Assembly: GCA_026770705.1 (NCBI GenBank)
Contig: JANJGN010000010.1
Span: 94,488,001 to 94,552,000, forward strand
Direction: 5' to 3'
Origin: Isurus oxyrinchus
Lineage: Eukaryota
Length of the DNA stretch: 64,000 nt
The position numbers and the translations under genes are program-made. Shown piece by piece: positions 42,001-57,799 of this stretch. The notes beneath the pieces were generated by a model. That model saw only the letters and a list, made by a program, of their open reading frames with translations. It searched no databases and was not told the origin of the DNA. Position 1 is the first letter of the stretch; every line of letters begins with the position of its first letter.

Positions 42001-45000
42001 ATCAGCACATGCACACTCAGGATTGACCCTGATCCACACACTGTCAGGATTGATCCTTATCCACACACTCTATGGATTGATGCTGATCCACACAATCTCA
42101 GGATTGATCCACTTCCACACACTGTTAGGAATAATCCTTTTCCAGCCACTCTTAAGACTGATCCTGATCCACACACTCCCTGGATTCACTATGATCCACA
42201 CACTGGCAATATTAAACCTGATCCCCATCACTCTTAAAAATGAAACTGATCCACACCCTCTCGGGGTTGATTCTGATCTACACACTCACAGGATTGATCC
42301 TGATGCACCCGCTCTCAGGATTGAACCTGATCAACAGACTCTCAGGATTGATTTTGATTCACACATACTAAGCATTGATTATGATTCCCCACACTCTGTG
42401 GTTTGATCCTGATCCCCTTGCCTTCATGATAGTCCCTGGTCCCCCAAACCCTCTGCAGTGATTCTGATCCACACACTCACAGGAAGGAACCTGATCACAC
42501 AATCTCAGGAACCAGTCCTGATCCACACACTTTAAGGATTGATCCTGATGTACACACTCTCAGGATTAACCCTGATTACCACCCCCACCCCACACTCTGG
42601 ATTGGCACTAATGCACACACTCTGAGGATTAAACCTGATCCACACATTTTCAGGGTTAATCCTGATCGACACACTGACAGGATTGATTCTGACCACACAC
42701 TCTCAGGATTGCTCCTGATTCTCACTCTCTCAGGATAGATCATGATCCCCCACACTCTGTGGATTGATCCTGATCCCCTTGCCTTCATGATAGTCGCTGG
42801 TCCCCCACACTCTCAAGATTTCTACTGATCCACACACACTGTCAGGATGGATCCTGATCCACATAATCTCTAGATTCCTCATAATACAAACAATCTAAGG
42901 ATCGATCCAAATCCACAAACATTCTGGATTGATCCTGATCCCTCCCCATTTCAGATTTGATCCTGAACCCAACACCATCAGGATTGATCCTGACACACGC
43001 ACTCTCAAAATTGACCCTTATCCACACAGCCTCAGGATTAATTTTGATCAAAACACAATCAGGATTAACCTGATCTACACACTTTCAGTGTTGATCCTGA
43101 TCGACTCATTCACAGGATTGATCCTGATGCACACACTCTCAGGTTTAATCCTGATGTACACATTCTTCCGGTTGATCCTGATGCACACACTCTCAGGGTT
43201 GATCCTCATCCAGACTCACTCAGAATTGATTCTGATCCGCACACACTCTCACGATTGATCTGTTTCCACACACTGTTAGGAATAATCCTGTTCCAGCCAC
43301 TCTCATGACTGATCCTGATCCACACATTCTCTGGATTCACCATGATCCTCAGACTGGTATGATTAACCCTGATCGCCATCACTCTTAAAAATAAAACTGA
43401 TCCACACACTTTCAGAGTTGCTCCTGATGAACATGCTCTCAGGATTGATCCTAATCAACAGACTCTCAGGATTGATCTTGATTCACACATGCTAAGCATT
43501 AACCAGGATCCCCCGGCCCACACTCCAGATTTGCACTGATCCACACTCTTTGAGGATTGACCCTGTTCCACACACTCTGAGGATTGCTCTTGATCAAAAC
43601 ACTCTCAGGACTAATCCTGATCCACAGACGCTCAGGGTTGATACTGATGGATACTCTCACAGGATTGTTCCTGATGCACAAATTCTCAGGATTCATCTTG
43701 ATGCACTCACTCTCAGGATTGATGCTGACCACACATTCTCAGGATTGATCATTAACCCCCACACTCTGTGGATTGATGCTAATCCCCTTGCCTTCATGAT
43801 AGTCCCTGGTCCCCCACACTCTCTCGATTGATCCTGACCCACACACTCTCAAGATTGATACTGATCCACACACACACTGTCAGGTTTGATCCTGAACCCC
43901 ACACCATCTGGATTAATAATGATGCACACACTCTCAGGGTTGATCCTGATCCACACATTTTGAGGATTGATCCTGATCCACACACTCTCAGAATTGATTC
44001 TGATCCGCACACACTCTCAGGATTGATCCTGATCCACACATTTTGAGGACTGATCCTGATCCACACACTCTCTGGATTGATGCTGATCCACACAATCTCA
44101 GGACTGATTGCAATTCACACACTCCTAGGAATAATCCTTTACCAGCCACTCTCAGGCTTGATCCTGATCAACACACTCTCAGGATTCACAATAATCCATA
44201 CACTGGCATGATTAACACTGATCCCCAACACTCTCAGAAATGAAACTGATCCACATTCTCAGGATTGATAATGAGCCACACACTCTCAGGATTGATCCTG
44301 ATCAACACACTCTCAAAATTGATCCTGATCCACAGTCAGGACTGATCCTGATCCACCACACTCAGGATTGACCCTGATCCGCCACACTCTCGGAGTTGGT
44401 CCAGATCCACACAGCCTCAGTATTAACCCTGATCCCCTGCCCCACACTCCAGATTTGCATTGATCCACACACTCTGAGGATTGATCTTGATCAAAACACT
44501 CTCAGGATTAATCCTGATCCATACACTTACAGGATTGATACTGATCGACACACTCTCAGGATTGACCCTGATCCCACATCCTCACAGGTTTGATCCTGAT
44601 CCCCACACCTCCAGGATTGACCCAGATCCCCAATCCTCTCAAATTTGATCCTGAACCCCACACCATCAGGATTGAACCTGATGCACAACCTCTCAAGATT
44701 GATCCTGATGCACACACACTCCAGATTGACCCTGATCCAGACACTGTCAGGTTTGATAATTATCCACACACTCTATGGATTGATTCTGATCCACACAATC
44801 ACAGCATTGATCCGTTTCCACACACTCTTAGGAATAATCCTGTTCCAGCCACTCTCTGGATTGATCCTGATCCATACACTCACTGGATTCACCATGATCC
44901 ACACCCTGGCATGATTAAACCTGATCCCCATCACTCTTAAAAATGACACTGATCCACACACTCTCAGCATTGATCCTGATCCACACACTCTCAGGATTGA

Positions 45001-47169
45001 GCCTGATGCACACCCTCTCAGTTTTGATCATGATCAACACACTCTCAGGATTGATTTTGATTCACACTTGCTAAGCATTGATCATGATTCCCCACATTTT
45101 GTAGATTGATCTTGATTCCCTTGCCTTCATTATAGTCCCTGGTCCCCCACATTCTCTGCAGTGATTCTGATCCATACACTCACAGGAAGGAACCTGACCA
45201 AACACACTGTCAGGATCAATTCTGATCCACACACTCTCAAGATTGATCCTGATGCACACACACTCAGGATTAACCCTGATCACCACCCCCACCCCACACT
45301 CTGGATTGGCACTGATCCACACTCTCTGAGGATTGATCCTGATCTACACACCTTCAGGATTGATCTTGATCAAAACACTCTCAGGATTAATCCTGATCCA
45401 CACACTTTCAGGATTGTACCTGATCGACACACTCACAGGATTGATCCTGATGCTCACACTCTCAGGATTGATTCTGACCACACACTCTATGGATTGTTCC
45501 TGATCCTCTTGCCTTCATGATAGTCGCTGGTCCCCCATGCTCTCTAGACTGATCCTGATCCACACTCTCAGGTTTGCTACTGATCCACACATACTGTCAG
45601 GATGGATCCTGATCCACACAATCTCGAGATTCCTCATGGTCCAAACAATCTCAGGATTGATCCAAATCCACACACTTTCTGTATTGATCCTGATCCCTCC
45701 CCACCCCCACCCCTCGCAGGTTTGATACTGAACCTCACACCATCAGGATTGATCCTAATGCATACACTCTCAGGATTGATCCTGATGCACACACTCTTAG
45801 GGTTGATCCTGATGCACACACTCTCAGGGTTGCTCCTGATCCAGACACACTCAAAATTGATTCTGCTCTGCACACACTCTCACGATTGATCCATTTGCAC
45901 ACACTCTTAGGAATAATCCTGTTCCAGCCACTCTCATGATTGATCCTGATCCACAAATGCTCTGGATACACCATGATCCACAGACTAACATGATTAACCC
46001 TGATCCCCATCACTCTTAAAAATGAAACTGATCCACACCATCTCGGGGTTGATCCTAATCCACACACTCACAAGACTGATCCTGATGCACACGCTCCCAG
46101 GATTGATCCTGGTCAACAGACTCTCAGGATTGATTTTGATTCATACATACTAAGCATTGATTATGATTCCCCACACTCTCTGGTTTGATCCTGATCCCCT
46201 TGCCTTCATGATATTCCCTGGTCCCCCACACTCTCTGCATTGTTCCTGATCCACACACTCACAGGACAGAACCTGACCCATACACTCTCAGGCTAAATCC
46301 GGATCCACACACTCTCAGGATTGATCCTGATCCCACACACTCTCAGGGTTGATCCAGATCCACAAACTCACAGCCCTAACCCTGATCTCACCACACAACA
46401 TGCACTCTGGAGTGGCACTGAGCAACACAAGCTGAGGATTGATCCTGATCCACACACTCTCAGGATTGATCCAGATGCACACAGTTGCAGCATTAACCCT
46501 GATTCCTGAAGCACACACTCTCAGGATTGATTCTGATCTAAACACTCTCAGGTTTGATCCTGATCCAAACACTCTCGGAATTGATTCTGGTCTGCACGCA
46601 CTCTCAGGATTGATCCTGATCCACACACTGTCCGGATTGATCCTGATCCACACACTGTCCGGATTGATCCTGATCCACACACTCTCTGGATTGATACAGA
46701 TCCACACAATCTCAGGATGTATCCGTTTCCACACATTCTTAGGAATAATCCTGTTCCAACCACTCTCAGGATTGATCCTGATCCACACAATTTCAGGGTT
46801 GCTCTTGATCGACACACTCAAAGGATTTATCCTGATGCACACACTTTCTGGATTCATCCTGAAGCACACACTCGCAGGATTGATACGGAGCACACATTCT
46901 TAGGATTGATCATAATTCCCCACACTCTGTGGATCGATCCTGATCCACTTGCCTTCATGATAGTCCCTGGTCCCCCACATTATCTGGATTGATCCTGATC
47001 CACACACTCTCGGGATTGATCCAAATCCACACGCTGTCAGGAATGATCCTGATCCACAAAATCTCAGGATTGATCCGTTTCCACACACTCTTCGGAATAA
47101 TCCTGTTCCAGCCACTCTCAGGATTGATCCTGTTCCATACACTCTCTGGATTCACCATGTTCCACAGAC

Positions 47170-47990
47170 TGTCAGGACTGATCCTGATCCATCACACTCA
47201 TGATTGACCCTGATCCCACACACTCACAAGATTGATCCATATCCACTCACTCTGAGTATTTGACACTGATGCCACGCACTCTCTTGATTTATCCCGATCC
47301 ACAGACTCTCACGGTTGAGCCAGGTCCACACACTCTCAGTATTGACCCTGATTTCTCCCACACTCAGGATTGACCCCGAACCACGCACTCTGAGGATTGA
47401 TCCTGATCCATACACTCTCAGATTTGGTCCTGAACCCCACACCATCAGGATTGATTCTGATGCACACACTATCAGGGGTGATCCTGAACCACACACTCTC
47501 TGGAGTAATGAAGATCTACACAATCTCAGGATTGATCCATTTCCACACACTCTTAGGAATAATCCTGTTCCAGCCAGTCTCAGGATTGATCCTGATCCAC
47601 AAACTCTCCAGATTCACCATGATCCACATATTGTCATGATTAGCCCTGATCCCCACCACTCTCAGAAATGAAACTGATCTGCACACTCTCAGGATTGATC
47701 AAGATCCACACACGTTCAGGATTGATCCTGATCCACACACTATCAGGACTGATCCTGATCCACCGTACTCAGGATTGACCCTGATCCCACACAGTTGCAG
47801 GATTGATCCATATCCACCCACTCACAGTATTGACACTGATACCATGCACTCTCAGGATTGATCCCGATCCACAGACTCTCACGATTGATCCAGATCCACA
47901 AACTCTCAGTATTGACCCTGATTTCTCCCACACTCAGGATTGATCCCGATCCACACACTATGAGGATTGATCCTGATCCACACACTGTCA
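47170..47990 (+). repeat. Local duplication, offset 570 bp
   Basis: ATTGACCCTGATTTCTCCCACACTCAGG at 47341 and 47911; ATTGATCCATATCCAC at 47231 and 47802. Confidence 0.75.
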
Positions 47991-49909
47991 GTATTGATCT
48001 TGATCAACACACTCTCAGTATTAATCCTGATCAACACACTCACAGGATTGATATGATGAACAATCTCTGAGGATTAATCCTGATCAACATACACTCAGTA
48101 TTGAACCTGATCCAAACACTCTCTGGATTTATCCTGATCCCCATGCCCTCATGATTGTCCCTTGTCCCCCATGTACTCAGGATTGATCCTAATCCACTGC
48201 AGCCAGGAGTGTGTCTGATACACACACTCTCAGGATTGACCCAGCTCCAAATATTCTCATGATTGTTCTTGATCATAGGGACTCTCAGCGTTGTTTCTGA
48301 TCCACATGCTCTCTGGTTTGATACTGAAACACACACTCTCAGGATGGACCCTGACCCACAAACTATCAGGATTGTTCTTGATCTGCACACTCTCAGCATT
48401 GATCCCGATCCACACACTGTCAGGACAGATCTGGATCCACACACTCTCAGGATTGATCCAGATCCAAACACCCTGTGATTTGATGCCTATCCAACACACT
48501 CACAGGATTGATCCAGATCCACACTTCCTGGGATCTGACCTTGATCTGACACACTCGCAGGATTGATACTGATCCACACACTCTCAGGATTAACACTGAT
48601 GCCATGCACTCTCAGGATTGATCCTGATACATACAACTCTCAGGTTTGATCCAGATCCATATCCACACACTAACAGGAGTGATCCTGATTCACACACTCT
48701 CAGGATTCATCCGAATGCACTGCAACCAGGATTGTTTCTGATTTACGTGCTTGCAGGATTGACCCAGCTCCAAACATTCTCATGATTGTCCTTGATCCTA
48801 CACACTCTCAGGGTTGATCCACACATTCTATGGATTGATCCTGAAGCACACACCCTGAGGGTTGATCCTGATCCACACACTCTTATGACTGATCCTGATC
48901 GCCCACTCTCAGGATTGACCCTGACCCACAAACTCTCAGGATTGAAAATGATCCACCCCCTTCAGGATTGATCATGATCCACACAATCTCAGGATTGATC
49001 TTGATCCACACACTCTCAGGATTGATCCTTATCCACACACTCACAATTGATCCTGATCGACTGCATTCAGTATTGTTCCTGATTCACACACCCTCAGTGT
49101 TGATCCTGATCCACACACTCTCTGGCTTAATCATCATCCACACATACTCAGGATTGATCCTGATCCACACACTTTCAGGATTGATCCAGGTCCACACACC
49201 CTGGGATTTGACCCTGATTCAACAAACTTGCAGGATTAATCCTGATCCACACACTCTCTTGATTAACACTAATCCCACACAGTCTCATGATTGATCTTGA
49301 TCCACACACTCTCAGGATTGATCCTGATCTACACACACACATTACTGATCCTGATCCACACACTCTCAGGATTGATCCTGATGCACATGCTCTCAGAATT
49401 GATCCTGATACATACACGGTCAGGTTTGATCCTGATCCACACACACACAGGATTGATCCTGATGCACATGCTCTCAGGATTGATCCTGATCAACAAACTG
49501 TCAGAATTGATCTTAATCAACACACTCTCATGATTGATCCTAATCCCCATGCCATCATTATTGTCCCTGTTCCCCCACGCACTCAGGATTGATCCTAATC
49601 CACACACTCACAGGAGTGATCCTGATCCACTCACTCTCAGGATTGATCCTAATGCACTGTAACCAGGATTGTTTCTGATTCTCACTCTCTCAGGATTGAC
49701 ACAGCTCCAAACATTCTAATAATTGCCCTTGATCCGACATACTCTCAGGATTGATCCTGATCCACACAGTCTCAGGAATGATCCTGATCCACACAAAGTC
49801 AGGACAGATCCTGATCCACCGCATTCAGAATTGACCCTGATCCTACACACTCTCAGGGTTGATCCAGATCCACACACTCTCAGCAGTAACCCCAACCCAC
49901 CCTGCAACA

Positions 49910-49916
49910 CCCCCCC

Positions 49917-49947
<31 letters not shown>

Positions 49948-49958
49948 ACACACACACA
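49910..49958 (+). repeat. C24 homopolymer fused to a (CA)13 microsatellite within a monomer linker
   Basis: C run 49910-49933, then CA x13 to 49958, then the normal CTCCAGATTGGCACTGATCC. Confidence 0.92.
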
Positions 49959-52900
49959 CTCCAGATTGGCACTGATCCACACACTCTGAGGATTGATCCT
50001 GATACACACACTCTGATGATTGATCTGGATCAAAACACTGTCAGGATTAATACTGATCCACACGCTCTCAGGGTTGATGCTGACCAACACAATCACACGA
50101 TTGATCCTGGTGTACACACACTCAGGATTGATACTGACCACACACTCTGAGGATTGATCCTGATTCTCACTCCCTCAGGATTGATCATGAGTCCCCACAC
50201 TCTGTGTATTGATCCTGATCCCCTTTCCTGAATGATAGTCCCTGGTCCTCCACACTCTCTGGATTGATCCTGATCCACACACACTGTCAGGATGGTTCAT
50301 GATCCACACAAGCTCTGGATTACTCATGATCCAAACAATCAGAGGATTGATCCAAATTCAAACACTTTCTGCATTGATCCTGAGCCCCCTCCCTCTCAGG
50401 TTTGATCCTGAACCACATATCATCAGGATTCATCCTTATGTACACACTCTCAGGATTGATCTTGATGCACACACTCTCAGGGTTGATCCAAATCCAGACT
50501 CTCTCAGAATTGATTCTGAGCTGCACACACTCTCAGGATTGATCATGATCCACACACTGTCAGGATTGATGCTGATCCACACATCTTTGGATTGATGCTG
50601 ATCCACACAATCTCAGGATTGATCCTGATCCATACACACTCTGGATTTACCATGATCCACAAACTGGCATGATTAGCCCTAATCTCCATCACTCTCAGAA
50701 ATGAAACTGATCCACACCCTCTCAGGGTTGATCCTGATCCACACACTCAGAGGACAGATCCTGATGCACACGCCACCAGGATTGATCCTGATCAACACAA
50801 TCACAGGATTGATTTTGATTCACAAATGTTCAGCATTGACCATGATTCTTCACACTCTGTGGATTGATCCTAATCCTCTTTCCACCATGATAGTCCTTTG
50901 TCCCCCATATTTTCTGCACTGATCCTGATCCACCACTCAAAGAATGGAAACTGATCCACACGCTCTCAAGATAAATCCTGATCCACACACTCTCAGGATT
51001 GATATTGATCCACACACTGTCAGGACTGATCATGATCCACTGCATACAGGATTGACCGTGATCCCACAAACTCTCATGGTTGATCCAGATCCACACACTC
51101 TCAGCGTTAAACCTGATCCTCACCTGTCCCCTCCTCACTCCATATTTGCACTGATCCACACACTCTGAGGATTGATCCTGATCCACACACTCTCAGGATC
51201 GATCGTGATCAAAACACTTGCATGATTAATACTTACGCACACACTCTCAGGGTTGATCCTGATTGAAACACTCACAGGATTGACACTGACCACATACTCT
51301 CAGGATTGATCCTGATTCCCACACCCTCTGCATTGTTGCTAATCCACACAATCTCAGGATTTATCCGTTTCCACACACTCTGAGGAATAATCCTGTTCCA
51401 GCCACTCTCAGGATTGATCCTGATCCACACACTCTTTGGATTCACTATGATCCACACACTGGCATGATTAACAATGATCCCCATCACTATAAATTATGAA
51501 ACTGATCCACACACTCTCAGGGTTGATCCTGGTCCACACACTCACAGGATTGATCCTGATGCACGTACTCTCAGGATTGATCCTGATCCACACACTTTCT
51601 GGATTCACCATGATCCACACACTGTCATGATTAACCCTGATCCCTATCACTCTCAGGAATGAAACTGATCTACACACACTCAGGATTGACCCTGATCCAC
51701 ACACTTGCAGGATTGAACCTGATCCACCCACCCTCAGGATTGACACAGATGCCGCACACTCTCAGGATTAATCCCGATCCAGACTCTCAGGGTTGGTCCA
51801 GAACCACACACTCTCAGCATTGACCCAGAACCCCCACACACTAAGAATTCACCCTAATGCACACACCCTTGCGATTAACCCTGATCAACATATTCTCAAG
51901 TTTAAACCTGAGCAACACACTCACAGAATCGATCCTGATGCACAAACTCTCAGTATTAACCCTGATCAAGATACTCTCTGTATTGATCCTGATCCACACA
52001 CTCTCTGGATTTATCCTGATCCACACAATCACAGGATTGATCCTCAACCATGCATTCTCAGAATAGATCCTGATCAACAAAGTCTCAGGATTGATCCTGA
52101 TCAACACACTCTCAGGATTGATCCTGACCAAACCCTCTGAGGACTGATCTTGATTAAAACACTCTCAGGATTAATCCTGATCCACACAGTCCCATGGTTT
52201 ATTCTGATCGAGACACCTACAGGATTGATTGTGATGCACACACTCTCAGGATTGATCCTGATTCTCATTCTCTCAGGATTGGTCATGATCCCCCCACACT
52301 CTGTGGATTGATCCCCATCCCTTTGCCTTCGTGATAGTCCCTCGTCTCCCACACACTCTGGATTAATCCTGATACACACTCTCATGATTGATAATGATCC
52401 AAAGACACTGTCAGGATGGATACTGATCCACACACTCTTATGACTGATCCTGATCGTCCACTCTCAGGATTGACCCTGACCCACAAACTCTCAGGATTGA
52501 AAATGATCCACGCAGTCTCAGGATTGATCATGATCCACACAATCTCAGGTTTGATCTTGATCCACACACTCTCAGGATTGATCCTTATCCACACACACTC
52601 ACAATTGATCCTGATCGACTGCACTCAGTATTGATCCTGATTCACACACTCTCAGTGTTGATCCTGATCCACACACTCTCTGGGTTAATCGTCACCCACA
52701 CATATTCAGGATTGATCCTGATCCACACACACTTTCAGGATTGATCCAGGTCCACACACTCTCTTGATTGAAACTGATTGAAACACACTTTCTGGATTGA
52801 ACCTGATCCACCACCCACTCAGGTCTGATCCTGAACCCCACACCATCAGGATTGAACCTGATGCACACACTCTCTGGATTGTTGCTGATCCACACAATCT

Positions 52901-55900
52901 CAGGATTGATGTATTTCCACACATTCTGAGGATTCATCCAGATCAACACAACCTAGGATTTGACATTGATCTGACACAATTGCAGGATTAATCCTGATCC
53001 ACACACTCTCTTGATTGACACTGATTGCACACACTTTCTGTATTGAACCTGATCCCCCAACCACTCAGGTTTGATGCTGCACACCACACCATCAGGATTG
53101 ATCCTGATCTACACACACACACATTATTGATCCTGATCCACACACTCTCAGGTTTGGCCCTGATCTCCCACAGTCTCAGTATTTATCCTGATCTACACAC
53201 TCTCAGGGTTGAATCTGATTCACACACACACATGGGATTGATCCTGATTCTCAGTCTCTCAGGATTGATCATGATCCCCCACACTCTGTGGATTGATCCT
53301 GATCCCCTTGCATTCATGATAGTCCCTGGTCCCCCAGACTTTCTGGATTGATCCTGATCCACACACTTTCAGGTTTGTTACTGATCTACACACACTGTCA
53401 GGACGGATCCTGAGCCACACAATCTCTGGATTACTCATGATCCAAACAACTCATGATTATTCCTAATCCACACACTCTCTGATTGAACCTGATCCCCCAC
53501 CCTCTCAGGTTTGCTCCTGAACACCAAACCTTCAGGATTGACCCTGATGGACACATTCTCAGGATTGATCCTGATGCACACACTCTCAGGGTTAATCCTG
53601 ATCCAGACTCTCTCAGAATTGATTCTGATCCACACACACTCTCATGATTGATCATTATCCACAGACTGTCAGGATTGATCTTGATCCACACACTCTCTGG
53701 ATTGTTGCTGATCCACACAATCTCAGGATTGATCCATTTCCACACACTCTGAGGAATAAGTCTGTTCCAGCCAATCTCAGGATTGATCCAGATCCACAAA
53801 CATTCAGGGTTGATCATGATCTACACATTCACAGGACAGAACCTGATCCACGCGCTCTCAAGATAAATCCTGATCTGCACACTCTAAGGATTGAAACTGA
53901 GCCACAAACACTGTCAAGACAGTTCCTGATCTACACAATTTCTAGATTACTCATGATCCACACAATCTCAGGATTGATCCAGATCCACTGACTTTCTGGA
54001 GTAATCCTGATCCCCCATCCTCTCAGGTTTGATCCTGATGCTCACATCTTCAGCATTGACCCTAATACCCCTCACTCTCAGGATTTTCCCTGATGGACAC
54101 ACCCTCAAGATTAATCCTGATGCACTCACTCTCAGCATTGATCCTGAACCCCACACTGTCAGGATTGATCCTGATCCACACACACTATGGATTGATGCTG
54201 ATCCTCACAATCTCAGGATTGATCACTATCCACACAGTCCTATGAATAATCCTGTACCAGACACTCTCAGGCTTGATCCTGATCAACAAAATCTCTGGAT
54301 TCACCAGAATCCAAACACTGGCATGATTAACCCTGATCCGCATCAATCTCAGAAATGAAACTGATCCACACTCTCAGGATTAATTCTGATTCGCACACTC
54401 TCAGGGTTGATCCTGATCGACACAATCACATGATTGATCCTGATGCACACTGTCTCAGGGTTAATCCTGATGTGCACACTCTCAGGATTGATCATGATCC
54501 CACACACTCTGCGGATTGTTCCTGATCCCCTTGCATTCATGATAGTCCCTGGTCCTCTCACACTCTGGGTTGATCCTGATCCACACACTCAGAGGATTGA
54601 TACTGATCCACAAACACACTGTCAGGATGGATTTTTTTCCACACAATCTGTGGATTACTCATGATCCAAACAATCTCAGATTTGATCCATATCCACACAC
54701 TTTCTGGATTGATCCTCATCCCCCACCCTCTCAGGTTTGATCATGAACCCCACACCATCAGGATTGATCCTGATGCACACACTCTCAGGTTTGATCCTGG
54801 CGCACACACTCTCAGGGTTGATCCTGATCCAGACTCTTTCAGAATTGATTCTGATCCACACACACTCTCAGGATTGATCTTGATCCACACACTCTCTGTG
54901 TTGATCCAGATCGACACACTTTCAGAATTAACCCTGATCCCCCACCATCCCACACACACACTCCAGATTGGGACTGATCCAGACACTCTGAGGAATGATC
55001 CTGATCCACACACTGCCAGTACTGATCCACCACACACAGGGTATACTCTGATCCCACACATTCACAGGATTGATCCTGATCCACAGACTCTCAGTATTGA
55101 CACTGATGCCACACAGTCTCAGGATTGATCTCGATACACATACTCTCAGGGTTGATTCAGATCCACACATTCTCAGCATTAACCCTGATCACCCCACCCC
55201 CCACACTCCAGATTGGCACTGATCCACACACTCTGAGGATTGATCCTGATCCACGCATTCTCAGGATTGAACTTGATCAAAACACTCACTGGAGTAATCC
55301 TGATCAACTCACTTACAGGACTGATCTTGATGCACACACTCTCAAGATTGATAGTGACAACACAGTCTCAGGATTGATCCCAATTCTCAATGTCACAGGA
55401 TTGATCATGGTCCCCCACTCTCTGAATTGATCCTGATCCACACACTCTCAGGACTAATCCTGATCCACATACAATGTCAGGACTGATCCTGATCCATACA
55501 ATCTCAGGATTACTCATGATCCAAATACTCTCAGGATTAATCCAAATCCACACACCTTCTGAATTGATCCTGAACTCCCACCCTCTCAGGTTTGATCCTG
55601 AACCCCACCCCATGAGGATTGGTCCTGATGCACATACTCTCAAGATTGATCCTGATGCACATATTCTCAAGATTGACCCTGATGCACACAATCTCAGGGT
55701 TGATCCTGATCCAGACTCTCCCAGAATTGATTCTGATCTGCACACACTCTCAGGATTGATCCTGATCCACACACTGCCAGGATTGGTCCTGATCCACACA
55801 CTCTCTGGATTGATGCTGCTCCACACAATCTCAGAATTGATTGCTGTCCATACTCTCCAAGGAATAATCCTGTACCAGCCACCCTCAGGCTTGATCCTGG

Positions 55901-57799
55901 TCAACAGACTCTCTGGATTCACCATAATCCACACACTGGCATGATTAACCCTGATCCCCATCACTCTCAGAAATGAAACTGATCTCCACACTCCCAGGGT
56001 TGATCCTGATCCAAACACTGACAGGATTGATCCTGATGCACACGCTGTCACATTGATGCTGATCAACACACTCTCAGCATTGACACTGATGCCACGCAGT
56101 CTCAAGATTGATCCCAATTCACACACTCTCAGGGTTGATTCAGATCCATACACTCTCAGCATTAACCCTGATCTCCCTGGCCCCCGACCTTATGGATTGG
56201 CACTGATCTACACATTCTCAGGATTGATCTTGATCAAAACACACACTGGATTAATCCTGATCCACACACTCTCAGGATTGATCCTGATTGACACACTCAC
56301 AGGATTGATCCTGATGCATGCACTCTCAGGATTGATACTGATCACACACGCTGTCATGACTGATCCAGATCCATACACACTGGGATTTGACCTTGATCTG
56401 ACACACTCACAGGATTGATCCTGATGCCACACACTCTAAGGATTGATCCATATCCACACAGCCTGGGATTTGACCCTGATCCGACACACTCGCAGGATGG
56501 ATCCTGATGCCACACACTCTAAGGATTGATCCCGATGCACACGTTGACAGGGTTGATCCAGATCCCCACAATCAGAACATTAACCCTGATCCCCCCTCCC
56601 CCAGCACTCCAGATTGGCCCTGATCCATACACTCTGAGAATTAATCGTGATCCGCACACTATCAGGATTGATATGGATCAACAAACTCTCAGGAATAATC
56701 CTGAGCAACACACTCTCAGTATAGATCCTGATACCGACACTCTCTGGCTTCATCCTGATCCTCACACTCTCAGGATTGATCCTCATTCACGAATTCTCAG
56801 GATTGATTCTGATCAACAAAGTTTCAGGATTGATCCTGATCAACACACTCTCAGGTTTGATCCTGAACCCCATGCGCTCATGATTGTCCCTGTTCCCCCA
56901 TGCACTTAGGATTGATCCTAATCCACACACTCACAGGAGTGATCCTGACCCAAACACTCTCAGGATTGATCCTAATGCACTGCAGCCAGGATTGTTTCTG
57001 ATTCACACACTCTCAGTATTGACCCAGCTCCAAACATGCTCATGATTGTCCTTGCTCCTACATACTTTCAGGGTTGTTCAGGTTCCACACAGTCTCTGGA
57101 TTTATCCTGAAACACAAACTCTCTGGGTTGATCCTGATCCACACACTCTCACAATTGCTCCTGATTCCCCACTCTCTGGATTGACCCTGACCCACAAACT
57201 CTCAGGATTTAACCTGACCCACACACTGTCAGGATTGATCTTGATCCACACACTTTCAGGATTGATTCTGATCCACACACTCTCACAATTGATCCTGATC
57301 CACTGAACTCAGGATTGATCCTGATTCACACACTCTCAGGGTTGATCTTCATCCACAGACTCTCAGGATTGATCCAGATCCACACACCCTGGGATTTGAC
57401 CTTGATCTGGTGCAATCTCAGGATTGATACTGATCTATAAAAACACTACTGATCCTGATCCACACACTCTCAGGATTGATCCTGATCTACACACATACTG
57501 TACTAATCATGATCCACACACTCTCAGGATTGATCCAGATCCATACACCCTAGGATATGACCCTGATCTGACACACTCGCAGGATTGATCCTGATCCACT
57601 CATGCCCTTGATTGACACTGATACCACACAGTCTCCGGATTGATCCCAATCCACACACACTCATGATTGATCCTGATCCACACTCTCTCAGGACAGATGC
57701 TGATCCCCCAACCTCAGGATTGACCCTGACCCACAAACTCTCAGGATTGATCATGATCCACACAATCTCAGGATTGATCATGATCCACACACTCAGGAT

